From Folioceros fuciformis (Eukaryota): a stretch of 20,000 nucleotides of DNA. The first letter of the stretch is position 1. Each line of letters begins with the position of its first letter. Under the pieces are notes generated by a model. The model did not search any database. It was not told the DNA's origin and worked only from the letters and a program-made list of their open reading frames with translations. The position numbers were made by a program, and so were the translations under genes. Shown here one piece after another: positions 1 through 9,003 of the stretch. The stretch lies in contig JBNGIO010005880.1 of assembly GCA_049999805.1 (NCBI GenBank), positions 102,173-122,172 of the forward strand. The letters run 5' to 3'.

Positions 1-277
1 GTCGGGGTTAGGAAGAGTCCATCAAGGCTCAAACTCTTTCGTTGCAAATTGAATAATGCAGCATATCCTCAACGTCTTCCCTCTTTAGCATGTCACATCT
101 TTGATGATATAAAGCAATGCCATTTGCGTGGGCTCAGTCAAAAGCTGGCAGAAACGCATGCTCTAAACGACGCGGTCTCCCTATAAATTCAGGTCCGCCG
201 GTTTGCAGGTTTCGAGAGTGTCATCGTGGACTTTCATGTCGAGGAATGACAATAGGAAAGCAATTCGGCCCTTCAAA

Positions 278-319
278 TCAAGAACAACCATCAGTCCTCA
301 AGAACAACCATCGGTCCTC
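278..319. repeat. 20-bp tandem duplication (tcaagaacaaccatc[a/g]gtcc x2)
   Basis: Two adjacent copies at 278-297 and 298-317 with one mismatch, read directly. Confidence 0.9.
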
Positions 320-675
320 TCATGAGATGGCTGTAGGCATATCGAGTTCGCAGTTCGGCATATGATGCACTCTCAGCTTAGCAACCTACATTCTAACAAG
401 CATTGCAGCTCTGAGCTTCTCCCTTCAGCGATTACTAAAAATGGCCAACATTTGAGGGGGCAGATTATTTGATGATGTAGAAGACCTCCACCTTCAAGAC
501 CGCCTGTACGACTATCAGATGAGCTGATCTTTGCACAACAACATTGTGTAGGAAGCAGGGGCTGAACATGTCGATGCGAGATCCATCTCTCTTGAAACCT
601 CGTCATCATAGCAATGTATCGAATTTCACGTAGCGCCCTTGCATTTCATAGGCTCAGCGCTTGTTCCTACGGGCC

Positions 676-1020
676 ACGTTCTCTTGGAGGTCAAGAGGTA
701 TTCTAGGAAGAGTTCCTGCTTATCTGAATTCCAGGGAGCACGCTTTGGCACGCAAGCAAGCCGTCAGCATCAGAACGCAAGCCCGTCCAAGCGGATCCCT
801 GCCTGGAAACGGACCTTCCAGAAGGGTCAAGCCTGCAGAATACGAAAGGGTCGTAACAGCTGGAACTGTGAGAGAGCTGTGTCATGAGGGTCACCTTAGT
901 GATGCTGTTGAGGCTTTGGGAGCTCTTGCGCAGACAGATGGTTGTCTCTCCTCATCTATCTTTCTCACAGTCTTGTCGGACTGTGATGTAAACAAGGACC
1001 TCGTGCTGGGTCGCCGAGTC
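676..1020 (+). pseudogene. Truncated, degenerate paralog of the 5' end (transit peptide and first PPR-like motifs) of the downstream PPR gene
   Basis: ORF 661-1062 has GILGR...PSG...YERVVTAGTVRELCHEGHLSDAVEALGALAQTDGCLSSSIFLTVLSDCDVNKDLVLGRRV. This is colinear with the PPR protein's GILGR...PSG...YESVVTAEAVRELCHEGQFIEAVELLGILVQTDCCVSRSLFYTILKRCVETKDLVVGRRI. The position matching ATG 1313 reads ACG (676). Similarity is lost after ~1020 and a stop follows at 1060-1062. Confidence 0.8.
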
Positions 1021-1312
1021 GCGTCGCGAACCAGGGGCAAACGTCGATGCAAACTTTCTTGAGCTCAACCCATCATTTTGTGGTTGGTGATTCGCAGTCT
1101 CACTGTCAGTGTGAAAGGATTTGCATCCGGGTGGAGGCCGATCGCCTGCTCGGTTCACCGGGTCTGCTGCTCAGTTGGGAAGCCACGGACGGCCTCCGGA
1201 ATGTCCCTGACGGCTCGCTCGAGCTTCTTCTGCAACATGACAATTCTTGGTTTTTCAGGCAGTTCTTTCAGACGGGTCCGTAGCTATTACATCCGGCGTG
1301 CTCCTGCGAGAC

Positions 1313-4300
1313 ATGCCTGTGCCGAGGTTGACAGGCATTCTAGGAAGATCTCCCGCTCGGTCAAGGTATCAATTGTTGGCATTCAACCAAGCCGCCAGGT
1401 CTGCAAAAATCCCAGCCCTTCCAAGCGGATGTCTGGCTGGAGACGGACTTTCCACCTGGCCGGGCTATCTTGAGCCTCACAAGACCTCAGGCTACGAAAG
1501 TGTCGTCACGGCTGAAGCTGTGCGCGAGCTATGTCATGAAGGCCAGTTCATTGAGGCTGTTGAATTATTGGGAATTTTGGTGCAGACAGACTGTTGTGTT
1601 TCGAGATCTCTGTTCTACACTATCCTGAAAAGATGTGTGGAAACTAAGGATCTCGTGGTGGGTCGCCGTATTCATGCTTTAGCGGTATACAATGGATATC
1701 AAACGGACACGTTCCTCTGCAACCACGTATTGAGGATGTATGCTTCTCATGGCAGACTGGGAGATGCGATGGATGTGTTCACCATGGTTTCCGAACCCGA
1801 TTCTTACATGTGGTCCTCCATCATTTCTGCGAATGTAAAACATGGAGAAGCCAGACAGGTCACACAATTGTACAATCGGATGCGCAGGTCGAGTGTAAGG
1901 CCGGATGGGCATGTATTTGTGGCAGCCCTCCAGGCTTGTGCAAGGGGAGCAGACCTGAGAACTGGGAAGCAGGTGCATGCTGATTTGCTGGCCAGTGGGG
2001 TTGAGCCTGATTTGTTTGTCTGCAACGGGTTGGTGGACATGTATGCAAAGTGCGGTAGCTTGGAAGACGCTCAACGAGTGTTTGATGCACTCTGTGTTAA
2101 AGATGTTGTAACGTGGAGTACCATGATAGCTGGGTATTCTCAGCAAGGCATGGGAAAGGAAGCACTTGATCTGTACAGTATCATGCAAGAAGATGGCATG
2201 GCTGTGCCCAACTCGGTGACATTTGTGTGCCTCTTGCAAGCATGTGCAAGGTTGGGGACAGCCGCGTTGGACAACGGGAGGCAGCTGCATGCGCAGATCA
2301 AAGAACGAGGTCACGAAGCTGATGTCTTTGTAGCAAACAGTTTGGTCAACATGTATGCCAAGTGTGGCAGCTTAGAGGATGCCCACAGCGTGTTTGATGA
2401 ACTTGTTGGAAGAGATGTGGTGACTTGGAATGGCATGATAGCAGGGTATTCCCAACAGGGCATGGGGCAGGAAGCCCTTCATATGTACGGTGTTATGCAA
2501 GAAGAAGGCATATCTTTGCCCAATTCTGTGACATTTGTCTCTCTCTTGCAGGCCTGTGCAAGTTTGGGTACTGTAGCATTGGACAAGGGGAAGCATCTGC
2601 ATGCACAGATAAAGGAACTAGCACTTCAAGCTGATGTGGTTGTTGCAAGCAGTTTGGTGGATATGTATGGGAAGTGTGGCAGTCTAGAAGATGCTCGTGG
2701 CGTGTTTGACACCCTTGATAACAAAAATGAGGTAGTGTGGAGTGCCATGATAGCAGGATATTTGCAGCAAGGCATGGGCCAGGAAGCCCTTCGTCTTGAC
2801 ATTGATATGGAAAAGGAGGGCATTATTGCAGCCGATCCTGTGACATTAGCATCCCTTCTGCAGGCTTGTGCCATTGTGGGTGCCCCAGCTTTGGAGAAGG
2901 GGAAGCAGCTTCATGCACGGATTAGAGAACAAGGACTTGAGGCTAGTAACTCGTTAGCAAACAATTTGATCAACATGTATGCAAAGTGTGGCAGTCTAGA
3001 GGATGCTCAGAGCGTGTTTCAGGAACTTGGTGAAAAAGATGTGTTCACGTGGACTGCTCTAATTGCAGGATATTCCCAGCAGGGCATGGGGCGGGAAGCC
3101 CTCCGTCTCTACAGTCGTATGCAACAGGCCAGCAACATTACCCCTGATCATGTGACATTTGTTTGCCTCCTGCAGGCCTGCGCAAATGTGGGCACCCCAG
3201 CTTTGGAGAAGGGAAAGGAGCTTCATGCACAAATTAGCCAACGAGGACATCAGGCAGTTGTGGTTATGGCCGACTGTTTGATAGACATGTACACGAAGTG
3301 TGGGAGCCTAGGGGATGCTCAGATGCTGTTTGACGGACTTGGTGAAAGGGATGTGAAGACATGGAATGCTATGATTTCTGGATACTCCCAGCAGGGCCTG
3401 GGCCAGGAAGCCCTTCATCTCTACAATGCTATGCAAGAAGAAGGCATTGCGACACCCAGTCCCATTACTTATGTGTGCCTCCTGCAGGCGTGTGCAAGTG
3501 TTGGCAGCCCAGCTTTGGAGATGGGGAAGCAGCTGCATGTGCAAATCAGAGCACGTGGACATGAAGACGATTTGATTGTGGCAAACAGTTTGGTGAACAT
3601 GTACGCAAAGTGTGGCAGCCTAGAGCATTCGGAGCGAGTGTTTTACGGACTTGGACAGAAGGATGTTGTGACATGGACTGCGCTAATTGCAGGATATTCC
3701 CAGCAGGGCAGGGGCCTGGACGCCCTTGGGCTTTACATTTCCATGCAAGAAGATGGCATGGCTGTACCCGACTCTGTAACATTTGTGTGCCTCTTGCAGG
3801 CGTGTGCTAGTGTGGGTGCCCCAGCCTTGGAGAAAGGGAAGCAGCTTCATTTACAAGCCAGAGAACGAGGCCTTGAAGGCAATACATTTGTCGCCAACAG
3901 CTTGGTAAACATGTATGCAAAGTGTGGCAACGTGGAGTGCGCCCAGAGAGTGTTCGATGGACTCAGTCATAAGGATGTGGTGACGTGGAATGCCATGATA
4001 GCAGGGTATTCCCAGCAGGGTATGGGCCACGAAGCCCTTCAACTGTACAGTGCTATGCGAGAACAGAGCATAGGTGGACCTGATTCCTTGACATTCGTCT
4101 CCCTCCTGCAGGCATGTGCAAATGTCGCAGCCTTGCATGTAGGACGGAAGCTACATGCACAGATTGAGGAACAAGGGCTTCAGGCTGATGCGTTCATAGC
4201 AGGCAGTTTGATAAACATGTATGGGAAGTCCGGGAGCATGGTCGATGCACAGCAAGTGTTCGAGGCCCTGCCAGGCAGGGACGTTGTTGTCTGGAACGTG

Positions 4301-4936
4301 CTGTTTGCAGGGTACAGCAGCCAAGGAGACAGTGAAAAAGTCTTCGATTTGGTTCTCCGAATGTCAGAGGACGGAATACAGCCGAACGGCATCACCTTTC
4401 TCAGTATACTCGCAGCATGCAGCCATGCAGGTCTTGTGGACAAAGGGCAGGACTACTTCGAGCACATGAGAACAAAACACGGCATTACCCCAACTCTACA
4501 ACACTACACCTGCATGGTGGACCTTCTGGGCCGTGCAGGCCAACTGCACCAGGCTCTAGCATTGGTAAGCACGATGCCCACACTCCCAAGTTCCTCAATC
4601 TGGCACACTCTCCTGGCTGCCTGTCGAAAATGGAGCAACTTAGAGGTCGGTCAGCATGCCTTCGCCGAAGCAATCAAGCTAGACCAGAATGACGCAGCAG
4701 CATACACGCTGATGTCGACCATATACTGTACTGCCCAGATGTGGAAACAGGCCCAGGACATGCAGTCCAGGAGAATCCAAATCAGGGCATGGAAGCAGCC
4801 CGGCCAGAGCTGGTGGACAGACATGGCTGGACTGGTGCACAGTTTTCTGGTTGGAAATGAAAAACATCCCACGAGAAGAGCATTGTTGCTGCCCGGATGT
4901 GAGGAACAAGATGCTCCACATGCAGTCACGGAATAG
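1313..4936 (+). CDS. PLS-class pentatricopeptide repeat protein (L-S-[P-L-S]x8-P2-L2-S2-E1-E2 plus WW-type PG box), organellar RNA editing factor lacking an intact DYW domain; ~1207 aa
   Basis: Single 3.6-kb ORF. It has repeated motifs VVTWNAMIAGYSQQG (P), TFVCLLQACA (L) and NSLVNMYAKCGSLEDA (S). The end has L2 ITFLSILAACSHAGLVDKG, S2 HYTCMVDLLGRAG, E1 IWHTLLAACRKW, E2 AAAYTLMSTIY and PG box KQPGQSWWTD...VHSFLVG..HP. The first in-frame ATG is 1313 (the track's 1247 start is a TTG). It opens an R/S/L/A-rich, acid-poor N-terminus typical of an organellar transit peptide. Confidence 0.95.
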   Translation: MPVPRLTGILGRSPARSRYQLLAFNQAARSAKIPALPSGCLAGDGLSTWPGYLEPHKTSGYESVVTAEAVRELCHEGQFIEAVELLGILVQTDCCVSRSLFYTILKRCVETKDLVVGRRIHALAVYNGYQTDTFLCNHVLRMYASHGRLGDAMDVFTMVSEPDSYMWSSIISANVKHGEARQVTQLYNRMRRSSVRPDGHVFVAALQACARGADLRTGKQVHADLLASGVEPDLFVCNGLVDMYAKCGSLEDAQRVFDALCVKDVVTWSTMIAGYSQQGMGKEALDLYSIMQEDGMAVPNSVTFVCLLQACARLGTAALDNGRQLHAQIKERGHEADVFVANSLVNMYAKCGSLEDAHSVFDELVGRDVVTWNGMIAGYSQQGMGQEALHMYGVMQEEGISLPNSVTFVSLLQACASLGTVALDKGKHLHAQIKELALQADVVVASSLVDMYGKCGSLEDARGVFDTLDNKNEVVWSAMIAGYLQQGMGQEALRLDIDMEKEGIIAADPVTLASLLQACAIVGAPALEKGKQLHARIREQGLEASNSLANNLINMYAKCGSLEDAQSVFQELGEKDVFTWTALIAGYSQQGMGREALRLYSRMQQASNITPDHVTFVCLLQACANVGTPALEKGKELHAQISQRGHQAVVVMADCLIDMYTKCGSLGDAQMLFDGLGERDVKTWNAMISGYSQQGLGQEALHLYNAMQEEGIATPSPITYVCLLQACASVGSPALEMGKQLHVQIRARGHEDDLIVANSLVNMYAKCGSLEHSERVFYGLGQKDVVTWTALIAGYSQQGRGLDALGLYISMQEDGMAVPDSVTFVCLLQACASVGAPALEKGKQLHLQARERGLEGNTFVANSLVNMYAKCGNVECAQRVFDGLSHKDVVTWNAMIAGYSQQGMGHEALQLYSAMREQSIGGPDSLTFVSLLQACANVAALHVGRKLHAQIEEQGLQADAFIAGSLINMYGKSGSMVDAQQVFEALPGRDVVVWNVLFAGYSSQGDSEKVFDLVLRMSEDGIQPNGITFLSILAACSHAGLVDKGQDYFEHMRTKHGITPTLQHYTCMVDLLGRAGQLHQALALVSTMPTLPSSSIWHTLLAACRKWSNLEVGQHAFAEAIKLDQNDAAAYTLMSTIYCTAQMWKQAQDMQSRRIQIRAWKQPGQSWWTDMAGLVHSFLVGNEKHPTRRALLLPGCEEQDAPHAVTE
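2039..4216 (+). repeat. 312-bp internal tandem repeat (S-P-L triplets of 104 aa) within the PPR CDS
   Basis: The 'atgta..' (MY[A/G/T]K) anchor occurs at 2039, 2351, 2663, 2975, 3287, 3599 and 3911, exactly 312 nt apart, then at 4217 (306 nt). Confidence 0.95.
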
Positions 4937-5076
4937 ATGCTCCTCATGCAGTCAGGCAGTAGGTGCTCCCTCCACATGCAGTCACGTCACTAGATGCTCC
5001 ACATCTTTGTCATGAAAGAAACAACTACCATTTGCGTGAGCAAAGCAACACGCTGGCCACCGCATGGTCTGCCTAA
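4865..5076 (+). pseudogene. Probable decayed remnant of the E+/DYW deaminase domain of the PPR gene
   Basis: After PG box...HP, 'atg t gag gaa caa gat gct cca cat' (EEQDAPH) resembles MKEEGYVP. In another frame, 5032-5064 reads LREQSNTLATA, resembling LC.HSEKLAIA. I found no intact HxE, CxxC or terminal DYW. Confidence 0.5.
4909..5004. repeat. ~26-31-bp tandem microrepeat (agatgctccacatgcagtcacg), ~3.5 copies, containing the PPR stop codon
   Basis: Copies start at 4909, 4935, 4961 and 4992 (partial). The TAG at 4934-4936 lies at the junction of copies 1 and 2. Confidence 0.9.
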
Positions 5077-5504
5077 AAACCGCCCATGAATGATGACTAC
5101 AGTCCCTCCTTTGAGGCAGCTTGTCAGGCCAATTGGACACTCCGAGTAGCTAGTCTCACTTGGCACGTAGCTCCGTTCTTGAGTACCAAGTTCCACACCG
5201 GAAAACAGTAATAGGCTATGACTCGATTCGATATCATAAATTAACTACAAAAGAATTTCTATACACCAGCTTGGTCTATATTTGTCTACGACACCTGCTG
5301 TACTTCAACAACGTAAGTACCGTGTATATTGCAGATGTGGGGCAAGTTCCAGCGAGTGAACTCGCATGGAGGGAATGGTGAGCGGATTTGATCGTTGACC
5401 GCGTTGTATGAATCTTGCACGTCCCTTCATTGTTGCGCTGCTGGGGTGTGGACCCTTGAAATAATCCTGAAGACCTTGTGTGGAGCTGTCGGGTTTGGCG
5501 CATT

Positions 5505-6324
5505 ATGTCTCCGGTCGTGGGGCAGGGGAAGCATGGGGATCCTCTGAGCTCCTTTTTTGTGAGTGGTCCAATTATCAATGCGGGGCATGCGCAAGGAGCG
5601 GAAACAGCAGAGAGCAGGACTGAGCATCAGGGAGGTCCCCGCGCTGGCGCTTTTACTCTCAACAGGAACAATATTGGGTTCCAGGTGAGGCAGGTGTTGC
5701 TGATTTCAGGGTTTCAGGGGACCGCAGAGGGCTTGAGACTTGTCTGTAAGGAGCCTGACTCGTGTGGAGAGGTTGTAACCATGGGATGAATTGTCGGGTG
5801 ATTGGCAGCTTCTGAGGAAGTCAGGGTGGAAGGAGGGCTCGGGCCTTGGAGCAGCGGAGCAGGTTAGGGTTTTTCGTTGTGAAGAGTGTTGGGTCTGGTG
5901 TGACCTATGTTTCAGAATTTTTGAAGGGGCTGAATGGAGTGTTGGTTCTTTCTGCAGGGAATTGTTGCTCCGGTGGAGCCTCGAATCAAAACTGGACGGG
6001 AGGGGATAGGATCTTCGAAAGACGACACTAAGAACATTTATGTAGCGTCTACAAGACGGCCGCCGAACCTCCAGGTGAGGCTGTCGTTGCCCGGAGTACA
6101 ACTGGTGAGTGGCCGTGGCTTGTCATTTCTGTAAAGCCTTCGGTTCTTGTTCTGACCTCGAGATGATTGGTCCTCAGAGCCTGAAGAAGGAGAAGGAGAA
6201 GCAGCAGAAGCGGTCGAAACGGTCGAGGAAGAGAGCAAGAGAAAGTCTGGAAGAGGAGATGCGCATGAGGGCGGTGCAACAAGAAATTGATTTCCGAAGG
6301 GAATTCTGGCCTGACAACGTCTGA
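5505..6324 (+). CDS. Small G-patch (D111/G-patch) domain protein, 4 exons: 5505-5684, 5809-5862, 5958-6074, 6178-6324; ~165 aa
   Basis: Splicing three GT-AG phase-0 introns (124, 95 and 103 nt) rebuilds a complete G-patch: LNRNNIGFQ|LLRKSGWKEGSGLGAAEQ|GIVAPVEPRIKTGREGIG. A basic, charged coiled-coil-like tail follows and ends FRREFWPDNV*. I recall this tail from plant 'G patch domain and ankyrin repeat-containing protein 1 homolog'-type proteins (not verified). The start ATG is the least certain part. Confidence 0.88.
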
Positions 6325-7667
6325 TGAATCAAGGGGTCCCGACTCGCCTCAAAATCTATACGGATCTCTATCTGCTGTAAGCAACTGTTCTAGAACTAGC
6401 TGTCACCTCGATTTGTAACCATTTAACTGCTTGCCATGTTGCTGACTACGAGTTTATGCACAGGTGAGAGGATTCGCATACCGTGTTTATCTAAGTGACT
6501 GCCTTAGTCTGACAAGAACACCCGTGTCACGGTCGTCGGCGAATGTGGGTAGACTCTTGCATGGCCTTTCGCTTTCTTTCACTAGTCGGCTCAGTTTGCT
6601 CGACAATTTCCTCTCTGGGGTATTAATTTGAGTTCGTTGGTAAATCAGGTCCATACGAGATTCTAGGGACGGTGATTGAGGCAAAAGCATTTAGTTGGTG
6701 GGTTTGAAGGGAGTACCTTACGGCTACAAGTCCTCTGAGAGAACTTCCAGGTGGAGTTCCCCGCGAAGTGCCGCAAAGTGAGGCGGCAATAGTAGTAAGA
6801 GTCCAAAAAAGTTTAAATAAAAAGAAAGCCCGTCCTCCGACTGGGATCCGGTGGCCTAATCAAGGTAAAGCAGGATCTCCATCAAAGTGCCGTCGAATGC
6901 GGCGCAAGCTCAGGTTCAGTGACAACTGAGTACAGCATATGCTACCTGGAGAGTAACATAGGCGGCTCTCGAACGCGAACCAATGATTATCCCGTTTCCA
7001 AGTTACTGTTGGCGGCACCTGGCAGTTCAGAGGCCCCTGACTAGCGAACGCTGAGTGGACAGCACCATCCTGTTCCGCAGAAGCAGTCTTTTATGTACAT
7101 GTGTGGGTGGACAGCACTCATTCCAATGCTCGTGCCTTTGTAACTCGGGAACTGTCAACACTGGGTGTGTTTCTTTGTCCACCTCCTAGTGATGAGCATA
7201 ACTTGCAGCTGTCATCATTTCCACGGTTAGAAACCTAAGCTGGGATCCACTGGAAACACAACTTGGGGATCGAGATCAAGCAACTTGTGACCAAGATTCG
7301 AATGTACCCAATATGGATTGCACGTGGCCAAACAAATTGCAACTTGTATTGCTCTAAGGAGAAGACGGAGGCTCACCAGAAGATAGATTGTAAGCAAGCT
7401 AGGTTGTGTGATGCTTAAGCTCCTTAGAAGGTACATAATGTTTTGTGCAGGACAGTTGGATGCAATTTTGGTCATAGATGTGGTGTTGCCGCCAAGAATG
7501 AAACCAAGGAGGAAGGGTAGTGTGCTCCAATATCCCATGGTCCTTACAACTGAAGAGTACAAGGAGGCTTAAAAGGTGAGGAAAAAAATGGGCCACAACT
7601 GAAAGAGACAGCTTTAGAACTTGAGAGGTAAGATAGCTTTGACCATTTGGTACAGAAAAAGAAGAAG

Positions 7668-7753
7668 AAGATGAGGATTGAGGTTGTGATTCAAAAGGTG
7701 GAGGAGACTAAAGATGAGGATTGAGGTTGTGATTCAAAAGGTGGAGGAGACTA
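7668..7753. repeat. Perfect 43-bp tandem duplication
   Basis: aagatgaggattgaggttgtgattcaaaaggtggaggagacta at 7668-7710 and 7711-7753. Confidence 0.95.
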
Positions 7754-7842
7754 AGGGCACAACAACAAGGGCACCAAGAAATGATGACAAGAATGCAAGT
7801 ATAAAGAGAAGCAAGGAATGATGGCAAGGGTTGCAAAAGAGG

Positions 7843-7930
7843 TAGTTAAAACAAGTAAGTAATGTTATCAATCATCAAGCAGTCCTAGTTAAAACAAGTA
7901 AGTAGTGTTATCAATCATCAAGCAGTCCTA
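7843..7930. repeat. 43-bp tandem duplication (1 mismatch)
   Basis: tagttaaaacaagtaagta[a/g]tgttatcaatcatcaagcagtcc at 7843-7885 and 7886-7928. Confidence 0.95.
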
Positions 7931-8957
7931 ATTGAAGCTACTGCTTCACAAATGCAAGCATGTGAAGATTTTGGAAGTGTTTTGCCATGCTTTCTTATTT
8001 TACTATAGTAGGAGGGTAATTTGTTAGCAACTTCAATGCTTTGGTTTCTACTATGTATACCCTTTGCTATGTTCAAGCCCCAAGTCTAACTCCTTGATTT
8101 GTGGAATTGATTTTTCACTTTGCTAATTATCTTGTTCCACGTATGCGGAATTGTTGATTTCCAAGCATCTTGACTATGTTCCCTATGACTGCTAGTTTGT
8201 TGTCCTAAGCACCAGCTGGTCCATGTGCCAGCCGTCTTGCAAATGGAGCCCAAATGATTCTTCAAAAGATTAAAAAATATTTTACTTGTAATTAAATACA
8301 ATATAAAATATTCTGATATATCTGTGCGGAAGGTCTCATGACTTCCAGGTGGTGGCGTGACGCGAGTGAGTGATATATCTGACGCCCACGACTCAGAGCC
8401 TTTTATGCTCTTCACCTACCGACACCAGGTATTAATCGGACGCTGACCTCCTTATGTCATTTAAGGGTTGATGGGCGTGATAAAAGGGGTAGACGTCCAA
8501 TTCTTGCCGTGGTGGTAGTTTCGCTTTGCCCTTTTGAGTGCGATATGAAGCCCCTCTGTGGAACGGACTGGACGATGGTGAAAATGGCGGTAGAAACGAG
8601 AATTCGGCCGGCGTCACAAGTTCACGGAACGGGAAAACGATTCCACGGTACAATCTTGCTGGCCGGGCGGGGCAGGTGACTTGCGGGGTTGCCCCTTCTT
8701 GACAGCCCGACCTGGCCTGGCCTGTCGTGGCCTGGCCGGGCCAGCCCCGGCTTGATGCTGAGGCTGCCTTGGTACTTCCAGGCGGAGGCGGAGAAGAGAA
8801 GCCTCGGCGCTCCTGCCTGCGGCGCCGAGCTGGCTTGGGGGCTGGCTGCAGGCGATGCCAGGCCGCTTTGGCTGCACTGGTGGCTGCCGCGGACTGCACT
8901 TTTGGCGCCATCCTCGATCTTCTTGGCCGTCGTTTCGCGGATGGAGAGTGGCTTGCC

Positions 8958-9003
8958 GGTGAGGTGAGGTGAGGTGAGGCGAGGCGAGGGGAGGGGAGGT
9001 GAG
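8958..9003. repeat. (GAGGT/GAGGC/GAGGG)n pentanucleotide microsatellite in a GC-rich region upstream of the GT92 gene
   Basis: ggtgaggtgaggtgaggtgaggcgaggcgaggggaggggaggtgag, read directly. Confidence 0.85.

Noticed and set aside
1-610. Short ORFs 117-365 and 373-609
   Set aside because: No recognisable motifs. They are probably intergenic or decayed repeat sequence.
1247-1312. ORF-track start of the PPR protein at 1247
   Set aside because: It is a TTG, not a normal eukaryotic start. The first in-frame ATG is 1313 and begins a plausible transit peptide.
4790-4870. U-to-C (DYW:KP) editing factor
   Set aside because: The box is PGQSWWTD (WW type), not KPAxAxIE, and no intact deaminase-like domain follows.
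1679-4977. Many antisense and alternative-frame ORFs overlapping the PPR gene
   Set aside because: They are shadow ORFs of a repetitive coding sequence with no recognisable domains.
6800-6930. Structured-looking minus-strand segment ending in T tracts as a Pol III ncRNA
   Set aside because: I could not match it to any tRNA, snRNA, SRP or MRP consensus, and saw no USE/TATA promoter. An Infernal/Rfam search would be needed.
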